The position numbers and the translations under genes were made by a program. A stretch of DNA of 64,000 nucleotides from an uncultured Methanomicrobiales archaeon (GTDB lineage: Archaea > Halobacteriota > Methanomicrobia > Methanomicrobiales > Methanospirillaceae): NCBI GenBank assembly GCA_963697895.1, contig OY969100.1, positions 1,728,001-1,792,000 on the forward strand, given 5' to 3'. The notes under the pieces were generated by a model. That model made no database searches. It worked only from the letters and a program-made list of their open reading frames with translations, and was not told the DNA's origin. Every line of letters starts with the position of its first letter. The first letter of the stretch is position 1. Shown here piece by piece: positions 19,388 through 30,262 of the stretch.

Positions 19388-21809
19388 ATGTCCGAGATTC
19401 ACCTGAAGGTTGATAGTGCCTATCCTGGCGACCAGGGGGGAGGAAAAGCACGGCTCGACCCGGAGACAATGCTGTTTCTCAAAATTTCCCCCGGGGATAT
19501 TGTGGCAATCGAGGGAAAGCGGCGTACTGTTGCAAAGGTCTGGCGTTCTTTGGTCGAAGACTGGAACCAGCATAAAATACGAATCGATAACTTCACCCGA
19601 ACAAATGCGGGGGTGAGCATCGGGGATACGGTTAAAATCTCCACGATAAAAGATGAGATCGAGGCGAAACGGGTAGTACTCGCACCACCGGAAGACTTAC
19701 CGAAGAATATCCCGATCAGCAACAATCCCCACGTGCTGAATGCCCTCATCGACTTTCCCGTGGTTAAAAATGATTCCGTTCCGATCATGGTCGGCCTTCC
19801 TTTTATTCAGCCTCAGATCGTCGCATACAAAGTAGTCGAGATTGAGCCCGAACAGGCGGTTATCATCTCGAAAAACACGCAGATTGAGTTTTCCGAGAAA
19901 CCGGCCGCGGGGTTCGAAGGCGTAAAAAGAATATCCTACGAGGACATCGGTGGGCTTAAGGACGAACTCCAGCGGCTTCGCGAGACGATCGAGCTCCCCC
20001 TTCGTCATCCGGAGATCTTCCAGAAACTGGGAATAGAACCGCCAAAGGGGGTCCTTCTGTATGGTCCCCCCGGCACAGGGAAGACGCTTATCGCGAAAGC
20101 GGTCGCAAACGAGAGTGGTGCCCATTTTATCTCCATTGCAGGCCCTGAGGTGATCTCCAAATACTATGGTGAGAGCGAGCAGCGCCTCCGGGAAGTCTTT
20201 GAGGAGGCAAGGTCGAATGCTCCGTCCATCATCTTCATCGATGAACTCGATTCGATTACCCCGAGGCGGGAAGAAGTTACGGGCGAGGTCGAACGCCGGG
20301 TTGTGGCACAGTTGCTCACGATGATGGATGGACTTGAGGAACGCGGGCAGGTCGTCGTGATCGGGGCGACAAACCGGCTTGATGCTATCGACCCGGCCCT
20401 GCGGAGGCCCGGCCGGTTCGATCGAGAGATTGAGATCGGGGTACCCGGGGAGCCCGACCGTATCGAGATCATGAAGATCCATACCAGAGGGATGCCGCTC
20501 TCCGAGGACGTGAAGATGGATCTCCTGGCGCAGCAGACCCATGGATTCGTCGGTGCGGACCTAGCCGCGCTTGCACGGGAAGCGGCAATCCGGGCGTTGC
20601 GGCGATATCTCCCTTCCATCGATCTCGATGCAAAGGAGATCCCTCAGGAAGTCCTCGATACGCTCGCGGTATTGCCGGGCGATTTCAGGAGTGCACTCCG
20701 GGATGTCAGCCCGAGTGCGATGAGGGAGGTGATGCTTGAAGTGTCACATGTTACCTGGCAGGATGTCGGCGGACTTGACGAGGCAAAACAGGATGTCCGG
20801 GAGGCGGTCGAGTACCCGCTCAGCAGGAGGCAGCAGTTCGAGGATCTCGGCATCACCCCGCCACGGGGAGTACTGCTCTACGGTCCTCCCGGGACGGGAA
20901 AAACCCTCATCGCAAAAGCGGTAGCAAACGAGAGTGGTGCGAATTTCATCGCGATTCGGGGACCCCAGACTCCTCTCGAAATGGGTGGGGGAGAGTGAAC
21001 GGGCAGTTCGTGAAGTCTTTAAAAAGGCCAGGCAGGTAGCCCCGTCGATCATCTTCTTCGATGAGCTTGATGCCCTCACCCCCGCACGGGGGAGCAGCGG
21101 GGAGTCGCACGTGTTCGAGAGCGTATTAAACCAGCTGCTGACGGAGATGGACGGGCTCCAGGAGCTGAAAGATATGGTGGTAATGGGTGCCACAAACCGG
21201 CCGGATATCGTTGACCCCGCGCTTCTTCGCGCCGGACGGTTCGATCGGCTGGTATACATCGGTGAACCCGATCTCCCGGATCGGAAAAGAATCCTCGACA
21301 TTCACACCCGGACCATGCCGATCGAAGGTTCTGTCTTCGAAACGGTCATGCAGCTGACTGCGGCATTCGATGAGAATGTAATCGGGGACCTTGCCACCGC
21401 ACTGGGAACAGATCGGGAGTGTACGATCGACGATATCAGGGCCGAGATCGCGAAGATCAAGCCGAAAGAGGAGGAAAAACTGAACCGGGGGCAACGGAGA
21501 TCCCTGATCCTGGAACAATTCCAGCTGAATCACCTCACCATCAGGGATCCCGTGAAAGAAGAGATGGTCACCTCGATCGCCCAACAAACGGAGGGATTTG
21601 TCGGTGCCGACCTTGAGGCACTCTGCCGGGAAGCGGGTATGTTTGCGATGAGAGAAGGATCTCCGGTGGTGAGCTCCCGCCATTTCGAAGCAGGACTGGC
21701 AAAGGTTCACCCGACCATGAACGACCGGCTGCGGGAGTCGTACATGCGAATCCAGCAGCATTTCAAGGGTGGACTACCGAAGGAAGTCCAGCCACCGGAA
21801 TATCAGTGA
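19388..21809 (+). CDS. cdc48: CDC48/VCP-family AAA+ ATPase, frameshifted (+1 at ~20969; probable sequence error)
   Basis: Two GPPGTGKT modules; IRGPQ|[10 protein letters not shown] is restored by removing one A at 20969. Confidence 0.88.
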
Positions 21810-21987
21810 TCCGCATTCCATCCATTTTCGGCCCTTGAAATACCGGATTGGAAGATCCGCAGAGAACTTTACCCCCAGAACCGCGGAAATCTGCTCCCCG
21901 GCGTTTTTTAGAAGAACCGGTGGACAGGAATGGGGAAGCCTTAAATAATGGACGCAGACAGATACACGAGAAGGGAGTTAATAACCG

Positions 21988-22581
21988 TTGGCGAAAGCAT
22001 CCAAGCGTTCCAGTGGAATAGTCGGGCTTGATCCGGTCATCGACGGGGGGTTTCCCTATGGCACGGTGATCGTGGTGACAGGGTCCCCGGTTTCCGGTGT
22101 CGAACATTTCGCGCGGCAGTTCTGGGAAGCGGGTGAAGAAAACGGGGAAAAGGGGGCCTATGTGATGATCGACGGGGATATCGAAACCGGAATGGTCGAT
22201 GCAAAACATCTCCCCACCGAGAATATTCTGCCCCTCCTGGAGGGTGAACGGGTGGTGGTGGACTCACTCTCGGGTCTGATTCTCAAGCATGGAATCGATT
22301 CCGCCTTTATCTGTATCACCGCGGCGAAAAAGCACTGCCGATCCACCGGAGCAAATGTAATTTTTACCTATTACACTGGCCTCCACACCCCGGTCGATAA
22401 CCTGCGGGTCACGCGGACGGCCGATGTGCTGATTGAACTCAAGGAACTGTTCACGGCAAACGAGATCGAGCGACAACTCATGGTGCACAAGATTAAGGGT
22501 ATGACTATTCCAAAACGACTGATCCCGTACAACATCACGGAAAAAGGCATCGAACTCTCCACCACCTCGCGCGTGGTATAG
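21988..22581 (+). CDS. RAD55/KaiC-like single-domain protein with degenerate Walker A
   Basis: SSGIVGLDPVIDGGFP, GSPVSGVE in place of GxxGxGKT, VVVDSLS, YNITEKGI. Confidence 0.75.
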   Translation: MAKASKRSSGIVGLDPVIDGGFPYGTVIVVTGSPVSGVEHFARQFWEAGEENGEKGAYVMIDGDIETGMVDAKHLPTENILPLLEGERVVVDSLSGLILKHGIDSAFICITAAKKHCRSTGANVIFTYYTGLHTPVDNLRVTRTADVLIELKELFTANEIERQLMVHKIKGMTIPKRLIPYNITEKGIELSTTSRVV

Positions 22582-22612
22582 AGCGACCGGCCTCATGGCC
22601 TCCTCCCGTCGT

Positions 22613-23515
22613 TCAGAGTTCCGATCGGACTTCCCGCGCAGCGAAGACCATATTCTGCAGCTTATGGAATGCGGTCTCCCGGGTATGCATCCGGAGCCCA
22701 CAATCAGGGTCTATTATCATCCGTTCCGCACCAAATGCCGTTATTCCCAGAAAGATCTGTTCCCTGATAACGGATACCGGATCAACTGTGGGGGCACTCG
22801 AGTCGATGCACCCGTACCCGATCATGCGTCCCCCCAGATCCTTCCTTGATACAAGTTCCAGATTCGAGGGGTTTTTGGTGAATTCGAAATCGAGTACCTG
22901 CACCGGTATCCGGATGAGTTCATCGATTACCCCGGAGAGGTCGCCACAGACATGGAGGCAGACAGGTACCTTCACCCGGGAGAGGATCACCTGCAGCGCC
23001 TCCATTCCACTCTGCAGGTCAGCCATTCCCGTGGAGAAGATCGGCTCATCAATCTGCAACAGGGTCACCCCTGCCTCTTCCAGCGCGATCGCCTCCGGCA
23101 GGAGAGCCTGCGCAAGATCTACTGCGAGTTCTCCGCGGTTCCGGTAGACCGGGGTATCGATATGGAGGCCATGGGAGAGGGTCGTGGGTCCGGTCAGTAT
23201 CCCCTTCACGAAGGGTGATCTGCGAAGGGCATAGCGGGTATCTGCAAGGGTGATCGCAACAGGCGTTGCCATCACCTTACTAATCACGGACTGTCCGCGG
23301 ATTCCCGGAAGCCGGCCGGCAAACATGTTCACCATGTCCCCCCTGACCTGGCCGTCCGAGATAATATCGACCCCTGCTGCAACCTGGTCGCTGACCGCGG
23401 TTCTGACCGCATATTTCAGGGGATCCCAAAAAGAACCCCATCCTCTTCCCTGCACGACAGGGTAGCTGCCAACAACCGTCGTGGGGAGAATCTTCCCCGC
23501 CAGGAGTGGTTTCAT
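22613..23515 (-). CDS. metE: Single-barrel (core) MetE-type methionine synthase
   Basis: TTVVGSYP, SDGQ, GPTTL, QIDEP, Zn ligands HVC...E...PDCG; ATGA overlap with aspS stop. Confidence 0.85.
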   Translation of the reverse strand: MKPLLAGKILPTTVVGSYPVVQGRGWGSFWDPLKYAVRTAVSDQVAAGVDIISDGQVRGDMVNMFAGRLPGIRGQSVISKVMATPVAITLADTRYALRRSPFVKGILTGPTTLSHGLHIDTPVYRNRGELAVDLAQALLPEAIALEEAGVTLLQIDEPIFSTGMADLQSGMEALQVILSRVKVPVCLHVCGDLSGVIDELIRIPVQVLDFEFTKNPSNLELVSRKDLGGRMIGYGCIDSSAPTVDPVSVIREQIFLGITAFGAERMIIDPDCGLRMHTRETAFHKLQNMVFAAREVRSEL

Positions 23516-24804
23516 GGGACCATTCGATGCCTGTCTCGGGGGAAAAGCACCGCTTCCCGGATATTCGGGAGCCCGAGCATGGTCATTACCAGCCGTTCGG
23601 CCCCCAGTCCCCACCCTGCATGTGGCGGCATGCCGAAACAGAACGGTGCCAGATAAAACGCGAAATTTTCAGGGTTCAGCCCCTTTGACCGGAGCTGGCG
23701 CACGAGCTGATCATACTGGTGCACCCGCTGGGCCCCGCTGGCGAGTTCCATCCGTGGGTGCATCAGGTCGAATGCCTTACAGATCACCGGGTCATGCTCA
23801 CAGGGCATCGCGTAATACGGACGGGTCTCTGTCGGCCAGTCGACGATGAAGTAATGTTCACCCATCTCATCGCCGATCGCCTTCTCAGCCACGGTGCCGA
23901 TGTCATCACCGAACCGCATCTCTTCACCGGTCTTCCGTTGGGCGATACTGATCGCCTCCGCATACGGGAGCCGGGGGAACGGGTGATCCGGGGCGCAGAA
24001 ACAGGGAAGATCCAGCAGCTCCAGCTGGGACGGGCAGTCTTGTCCTACCGTTTCATAGACACTGATTACCAGGTCTTCCAGGAGTTCCATCACCGCATGA
24101 TGATCGGTGAATGATACCTCGATGTCGACCGATGTTGCTTCATTCAGGTGTTTCGTGGTATTATGTTCCTCTGCCCGAAATATCGGACCGATCTCGAAGA
24201 CCTTCTCGAATCCGGCCGCCATCATCATCTGCTTATAGAGCTGGGGGCTCTGATTCAGGAACGCCTCCTTCTCGAAGTAGGCGATAGGGAACAGCTCGGT
24301 GCCACCTTCGGTGGCAGCCGCGACGATCTTCGGGGTGGTTATATGGATAAATTTTCGTTCGAAGAGAAATTCGTTGATGGAACGGATTATGGTGCTGCGA
24401 ATCTGGAAGATTGCCGCGACCCGCGGCTTGCGTGCATCCAGATACCGGGAATCAAGCCGGGTATCGAGGTCGGCAGGCACTTTTTCCACAACATCGAGCG
24501 GCATCGGGCTTGCGCTTGCGCTGACGATCTCGAAGGAATCGGGCACGAGTTCCCGACCTCCCGGCGCTTTGTCGATCGCTTTCACCGTGCCGGTTACGGT
24601 TACGATCGATTCCCGCGACACCTCTTTTATTGCAGAAAGAACCGCATCCGTAGCCCTTTTCTTCGGAACGGTGACCTGGATTATCCCTGTCCTGTCCCGG
24701 ATAAGAAAGAAGGTGAGCCCGCCGAGGTCCCGAACTTCATGTACCCACCCGGTTATTTCAGCCGCGCCCGTCTCCGGCAGAACCTCGCATATCGGTATCC
24801 GCAT
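23512..24804 (-). CDS. aspS: Aspartate-tRNA ligase, archaeal type (likely non-discriminating)
   Basis: [52 protein letters not shown]. Confidence 0.95.
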   Translation of the reverse strand: MRIPICEVLPETGAAEITGWVHEVRDLGGLTFFLIRDRTGIIQVTVPKKRATDAVLSAIKEVSRESIVTVTGTVKAIDKAPGGRELVPDSFEIVSASASPMPLDVVEKVPADLDTRLDSRYLDARKPRVAAIFQIRSTIIRSINEFLFERKFIHITTPKIVAAATEGGTELFPIAYFEKEAFLNQSPQLYKQMMMAAGFEKVFEIGPIFRAEEHNTTKHLNEATSVDIEVSFTDHHAVMELLEDLVISVYETVGQDCPSQLELLDLPCFCAPDHPFPRLPYAEAISIAQRKTGEEMRFGDDIGTVAEKAIGDEMGEHYFIVDWPTETRPYYAMPCEHDPVICKAFDLMHPRMELASGAQRVHQYDQLVRQLRSKGLNPENFAFYLAPFCFGMPPHAGWGLGAERLVMTMLGLPNIREAVLFPRDRHRMVP

Positions 24805-24972
24805 AACAAATCCTATTACTATGGGTGCCGGGGGATTATGGGTTTTTGCCATCTCCTATAAAAAGGCAGCAACGTGAACCGTGGGATTGCATAACCCCCG
24901 GCTCGGATCGCGGACCTTTGGGGGTTCGGTATGGACGATGGGATTGCGGGCAGCCGTTACCCGTCAGTACCA

Positions 24973-25632
24973 TCAGGTCCTTGCGATCATGCCCCGGATC
25001 TTTTGTTCGGTTGGGGGAATCTCGTCCTGGATCGCACTCCAGAGAAGAACCCAGTCCACACCGAACGGGTTCTGGAGGAGGTTATCCCGCAATCCCCTGA
25101 GAATTCCCCAGGGAACGTCCGGGTGCGCTTCGCGGAGTAGGGGGGATAATCCCGCTGCAGCCTCGCCGATCTGTTCCATACTCCAGCATACGGCACGTTT
25201 CATCTGTTCGTCCCGGATAAACTCCTCAAACGACACCGTCTTTTTCCGTTGCTGGATGAACATGCATTCCCGCAGGATCTGCTGGAGCTTCACCCGGTCA
25301 TCGTCCGCACCGGTCCGGTCAGAAACGGGGCGGGAGTGCTCTCCCGAATTAAGCAACCGTGTGGTAACGAGTGTGACCTTCTTTCCGAACTTTTCTTCGA
25401 GGTAGGCGATGAGCCGCATATAATTCCCGAACCGGTCCCGGGATGGATCGAACTCAACCTGGAGCTCAACGACATCATGAGCGGGTTCCTCTCCCTGTGC
25501 GAACCGCCCGAAGATACCGATGGATCGAATACCAAAGAGTTTCTTCAACACCGGGAACTGCGAGTTGAGACTGATAAAAATCTCCTCGCGGAGGGTCTCG
25601 GATGGTTTTTCGGTCATATAATCGGTCACCAT
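24973..25632 (-). CDS. Fused minimal nucleotidyltransferase (MntA-like) + HEPN/DUF86 (HepT-like) protein with degenerate motifs
   Basis: N-half FGIRSIGIFGRFAQGE...LEEKFGKKVTLVT; C-half AVCWSMEQIGEAA...HPDVPW..LRGLRDNLLQ.PFGVD..LLW. Confidence 0.8.
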   Translation of the reverse strand: MVTDYMTEKPSETLREEIFISLNSQFPVLKKLFGIRSIGIFGRFAQGEEPAHDVVELQVEFDPSRDRFGNYMRLIAYLEEKFGKKVTLVTTRLLNSGEHSRPVSDRTGADDDRVKLQQILRECMFIQQRKKTVSFEEFIRDEQMKRAVCWSMEQIGEAAAGLSPLLREAHPDVPWGILRGLRDNLLQNPFGVDWVLLWSAIQDEIPPTEQKIRGMIART

Positions 25633-26053
25633 TTATTTCCCGGTGCAGCGCCGGGTTCTGGAGGGGTGTTCTGATCCCGTATTACCTCCTGTTGATCTGT
25701 TCCGGCACCTCAAAAATGCAATGGAACCGGATCGACAAGTGAAGGATTTCAGCTGCCCGGAAAACCAGGTCCGAAACAACGCTTTAAAGATGCTTATTAT
25801 AACCATTCCCACAAGGATTGTATTTACAAAGCCTGCCGGGATCGGTATAGATCATTATGCGGGGGTTCTTCCGCAGGGAAGCTTTATAAATAAGGGTATG
25901 ATGACCTCCCTTTGGCCGGAAAAGGAATATCTTTTTCCAATTGTGCTATCAGTCCTCCATGATCCCTGTTCCTTCTCCTCGTCGCAGCCGATCTCATCTA
26001 TTCATGATTGGGGAATCCCGAAGGAGATCGATCCGTTTCATCCTTGTCATAGA

Positions 26054-26980
26054 TCATATCCCTCCTCCATTCTTACCTCCTCTCTTCCGTATCAGGCGCA
26101 GTACCGTGGATGCAAGCGCCCGGCTTTTCTGTTCATCCACCATGAGGGTATCCAACCGGACAGCTCCGGGAAGATTCACGGTATCGCGTACGTCCTGGAT
26201 AAAGAGGTCGAGGAGATCGGAGTAGACCCCGGCGGTACCAATGGAATTCGGAGGATAACCCTCTGCGGTCATCAGAGCGCCGGCCGGTCCGCTGACGGGG
26301 GCATCCCCGATAAATGGACTGATGCCGACGACATATTGTTCCGCAAGCGCCTCCCGGACCCCCCGACATCTCAGGATGGGAAGGATGCTGGTGATTGGAT
26401 TGCTCGGCCCGATGACGACCGCCTCACAATCCTGGATTGCGTCCAGTACCTCCCTGCTCGCAGGGGGAGGATCCTGCGGATACCATTCCACACCCATAAC
26501 CTCCCCGGCACCCCGGTTTTTCACCCAGAACTCCTGGAAATGGATCGATCCTGCCGGGGTCTTTACCCGTGTCGTCACCCCGGCATCGGTCATCGGGAGG
26601 ACGGATGCACGGACTCCGAAAAGGCGACAGAGGCTGACGGTCGCTTCGGTGAGACTGCATCCCCTGCGGAGCAGGTCTGCCCGTGCGATATGGACGGCCC
26701 GGTCCCGGTCGCCGATCGCGATGAATTCATCCGGGCTCAAATCTTTCAGCATCTCATGGGTAGTGAAGGTGTCGCCCCGGAGTCCCCACCAGGTATCTGT
26801 ATCGAGAACCCCGGAAAAAAGGTACATTACCGTATCGAGATCGGGTGAGATATGATTGCCGCTCACCCAGATGTCTTCACCGGTGTTTACGACGACAGAG
26901 ATCTGGTCGTCATCGAGAACCTGACGCATTCCGCGGATAAGTTTCGGGGTGCCGGTTCCACCCGAAAGAAACGTGATCAT
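26054..26980 (-). CDS. cofD: 2-phospho-L-lactate transferase (F420 biosynthesis)
   Basis: [42 protein letters not shown]. Confidence 0.95.
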   Translation of the reverse strand: MITFLSGGTGTPKLIRGMRQVLDDDQISVVVNTGEDIWVSGNHISPDLDTVMYLFSGVLDTDTWWGLRGDTFTTHEMLKDLSPDEFIAIGDRDRAVHIARADLLRRGCSLTEATVSLCRLFGVRASVLPMTDAGVTTRVKTPAGSIHFQEFWVKNRGAGEVMGVEWYPQDPPPASREVLDAIQDCEAVVIGPSNPITSILPILRCRGVREALAEQYVVGISPFIGDAPVSGPAGALMTAEGYPPNSIGTAGVYSDLLDLFIQDVRDTVNLPGAVRLDTLMVDEQKSRALASTVLRLIRKRGGKNGGGI

Positions 26981-27030
26981 TACTCAATACTTTTATCAGG
27001 TCTATATGAAGATGCTGTACCGATCGGCAC

Positions 27031-28233
27031 ATGAAAATCATCAAGGATCCGGTTCATGGCGATATTGAGGTCGCGAATACCTATCTCCCTCTTCTTGACG
27101 CACCGGTCCTCCAGCGCCTCCGGTACATCAGGCAGCTGGGGTTTTCATACCTGGTCTATCCCGGGGCAAATCACACCCGCTTTGAGCATTCGCTCGGGAC
27201 CCTGTATCTCGCCGACATGATGTGCCGAAAACTCGGTCTTATGAGGGACGATCACCGGCTCGTGGTAGCGGCTGCCCTGCTCCATGATATCGGACATGGC
27301 CCCTTTTCTCACGCGATAGAACCCCTGATGGAGGATCTCATGCACCGCAGTCACCATGAGATACGGGAATTTGTCGGGGGGGGGACTACCGGTTCGATCC
27401 TCCAGGGTCTCGGGATCGATCCCGATGAGGTCTCCCGGGTGGTTGCCGGTACCCATCCGCTGTCCGGAATCATCCATGGAGACCTGGATGTGGACAGGAT
27501 GGACTACCTGCTCCGCGATGCCCATTACACGGGGGCTCCCTACGGAACAGTGGATGCACATCGCCTGATCCGGAATACACTCATTGCGGATGGCCGGATC
27601 GTCCTGCAGGAAAACGGGATCAACGCGGCAGAATCACTTATCCTTGCCCGAACGCTCATGCGGCCGGCCGTGTACTTCCATCATGTCAGCAGGATCGCAG
27701 AGACGATGTTTAACTACGCCGTGTACGAGCATATCAGGGATCGACCCGGTTCAGCGAAGGGAATCATGCAGATGGATGACGCAGCCTGTATGCAACTCCT
27801 CCGTTCATCCGATCAGCCGGTTGCACGACTCCTCGCAACCCGGATATACGACCGTGCGCTGTACAAGCGGGCACTCTATGTGGGCAAGGACCAGGTAAAT
27901 ACCGCGTCTCTGGCTGAATATACGGATATGGGGAAAAGGAGGAATATCGCAGGAGAAATAGCGGAAAATTCCGGCCTGGAGCCTCACGAAGTTCTTCTGG
28001 ACATCCCGCCCTTCCCTCACGCGATGTCCATGGAAGTTGTGGTAAAAAACCGGCACCAGGTCATCGGTCTGGAAGAGATCTCTCCGCTTATGAATACCCT
28101 CAATGAAACACGTCAGGGACAGTGGCGGCTGGGTGTCTATACCCCCCGCGGGTCGATGAAAGCGGTTGCGGAAGAAGCGGCTGATATTCTGCATGTCAGG
28201 CCGGTCACCCGCCAGGAGACGCTGCCGCTCTAA
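27031..28233 (+). CDS. HD-domain phosphohydrolase (dNTPase/SAMHD1-like family)
   Basis: IKDPVHG, QRLRYIRQLG, HTRFEHSLG, LLHDIGHGPFSH, DVDRMDYL. Confidence 0.9.
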   Translation: MKIIKDPVHGDIEVANTYLPLLDAPVLQRLRYIRQLGFSYLVYPGANHTRFEHSLGTLYLADMMCRKLGLMRDDHRLVVAAALLHDIGHGPFSHAIEPLMEDLMHRSHHEIREFVGGGTTGSILQGLGIDPDEVSRVVAGTHPLSGIIHGDLDVDRMDYLLRDAHYTGAPYGTVDAHRLIRNTLIADGRIVLQENGINAAESLILARTLMRPAVYFHHVSRIAETMFNYAVYEHIRDRPGSAKGIMQMDDAACMQLLRSSDQPVARLLATRIYDRALYKRALYVGKDQVNTASLAEYTDMGKRRNIAGEIAENSGLEPHEVLLDIPPFPHAMSMEVVVKNRHQVIGLEEISPLMNTLNETRQGQWRLGVYTPRGSMKAVAEEAADILHVRPVTRQETLPL

Positions 28234-28298
28234 AAAGGAGCGGATAAAAAATAAATCATTAAATACAGCCAGAATGAAAATGAGAGCACGGGGTTTTC

Positions 28299-28742
28299 AT
28301 GATACTGGAAGAATGGATCGTCGTCGTGACAGGGGCGGTGTTGATTGTGCTCGCGCTCTGCATCACGTACGCGGTGATGGCGGGGCGGGAACAGAAGTTA
28401 TTCAGGAATGTTCAGAAGATGAAGGTCTATGAAGACTTCTTTCAGGCCATAACGGAGATAAACGTCGCATCCGGGGATGAATCCAACCTGAAACGGGGGA
28501 AGATGCATCTTGCACGGACGTTGAACCGTCTGAATATCATATCAAGCAGGGAAGTGCTCACGAACGTAAACGAGCTCCTGGAGTATCTGAACGAGGTCCA
28601 GGATAAGGACTATGATCAGCTCAAAGAGCTGAATATCCTGAACGCAATCGTCCGCGCCGTACGGAATGATCTGGATCCGCGGAGTGCGCGGATGTTCGAA
28701 GAGGGACAGTTCCGGTTCCGTTTCTACTCACCGCCACGGTGA
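28299..28742 (+). CDS. Hypothetical membrane-anchored protein
   Basis: One N-terminal TM helix then a helical soluble domain; AT-rich promoter-like region upstream. Confidence 0.65.
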   Translation: MILEEWIVVVTGAVLIVLALCITYAVMAGREQKLFRNVQKMKVYEDFFQAITEINVASGDESNLKRGKMHLARTLNRLNIISSREVLTNVNELLEYLNEVQDKDYDQLKELNILNAIVRAVRNDLDPRSARMFEEGQFRFRFYSPPR

Positions 28743-29024
28743 TGGGAGGGACGTCCCCCTTTTTCATATGTCTCCTCCGGGGACTCAGGGAAAAATGTAA
28801 TCCGCAGTCCGGTGGGATTCTCCCGCTTACCCGACGGCATAAGTTCTTTCCGATGGAACTCACATCTCTATGCACCGGAGGTAAGGACCGGGTATTCCGG
28901 CCCGTAAAAGGGCCGTTCACTCGTCTCACGGGCCCTTAAACCGGCACGGAAAATCACGATTCAATGACCGGTGCAGCCCGGTCGGCAGATAGTGTAGTCG
29001 GAGGATGATACAGTGGAGTCAGGG

Positions 29025-30260
29025 ATGCGGCAGTTTATCGGGCAGATGAGGGAGCTCGGGCGGGTGGTCGATGTTGAGGAGGAGTGCTCTCCCGAGTTTG
29101 AAGCTCCGAGAATGGCGAGTGAAACGGACAAACTCCTCTTCTTCCACCGTCTGGGAGGCGCCCGTGGGGTGATGAATGTCACCGCAACGAGAGGCGCTCT
29201 CGCCTGTGCGCTGGGGATGCCGGAGAGAGAGCTGGTGAAGACCCTCGCTTCGGCCTGTCAGGACGGAACAGTGGTAGAAGATGGCCGCGTACCATCCGGA
29301 GAACCGGATCTTTCACGGCTCCCGGTCATGTGGCACTTTCCCCGCGATGCAGGGCGGTATATCACCGCCGGTATCGTATTTTCGCGGTACGGGGAAGAGG
29401 AGAACGCCTCCATTCACCGGATGCTGGTCCTCGACGATCGTCGGGTTGCGGCCCGCCTCGTGGAAGGACGGCATACCCATACCATGTACCGGGCAGCCCT
29501 TGCGGCGGGGGAGCGGCTCCCCGTGGCGGTCGCGATCGGTGTTCACCCTGCGGTCACTTTTGCAAGTTGTACCCGGGTCCCCCGCGGACAGGAACTCGCG
29601 TACGCGGCACATCTGCTCGGCGGGGAGATCCGGGTCAGGAGATGCGGCAACGGGGTCCTCGTCCCGGAAGCAGAGGTGATCCTTGAAGGGTATATCGGCG
29701 GGGAACGTCATGCCGAGGGTCCCTTTGTCGATATATCGGGTACGTACGATATCGTGCGCAATGAACCGGTCATCGAATTTACCGGGATGCATTGTGCTCG
29801 CGATTGCATCTACCACGGGATTCTTCCCGGGGGGGCCGAACACCGGCTCCTGATGGGTGCCCCGTACGAACCCCGGATATTCCAGGCGGTCAACGGGGTA
29901 ACGGAGGCACGGAATGTGGTGCTGACACGGGGAGGATGCGGGTACTTCCACGCAGTACTCCAGATCCGGAAAAATACCCAGGGGGATGCGAAGAATGCCA
30001 TCATGGCAGCATTTGCCACACACACATCACTCAAGCACGTGGTGGTGGTGGATGAGGACATAGACCCGAATGATCCGTACGACGTGGAGTTCGCGATCGC
30101 CACCCGGGTGCGGGGGGATCGGGACATCATGGTGATCACCGGGGTTCGCGGCTCTTCGCTTGATCCCTGCCAGATGGCGGATGGGACGAATGTGAAAGTC
30201 GGCGTTGACGCGACCATGGAACTCGGGCGGGAAGGGGAATTCATCCGGGCCGGATGGTGA
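29025..30260 (+). CDS. UbiD-family decarboxylase (likely anhydromevalonate phosphate decarboxylase)
   Basis: NASIHRM, EGPFVDISG, GGCGYFHAV, KHVVVVDEDID; coupled to AcnX. Confidence 0.85.
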   Translation: MRQFIGQMRELGRVVDVEEECSPEFEAPRMASETDKLLFFHRLGGARGVMNVTATRGALACALGMPERELVKTLASACQDGTVVEDGRVPSGEPDLSRLPVMWHFPRDAGRYITAGIVFSRYGEEENASIHRMLVLDDRRVAARLVEGRHTHTMYRAALAAGERLPVAVAIGVHPAVTFASCTRVPRGQELAYAAHLLGGEIRVRRCGNGVLVPEAEVILEGYIGGERHAEGPFVDISGTYDIVRNEPVIEFTGMHCARDCIYHGILPGGAEHRLLMGAPYEPRIFQAVNGVTEARNVVLTRGGCGYFHAVLQIRKNTQGDAKNAIMAAFATHTSLKHVVVVDEDIDPNDPYDVEFAIATRVRGDRDIMVITGVRGSSLDPCQMADGTNVKVGVDATMELGREGEFIRAGW

Positions 30261-30262
30261 GT

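Noticed and set aside
25643-26848. 401-aa plus-strand ORF (and similar long antisense ORFs such as 37178-38905 and 15386-16315)
   Set aside because: Shadow frames antisense to well-supported genes (cofD, polC, dapF), with no motifs
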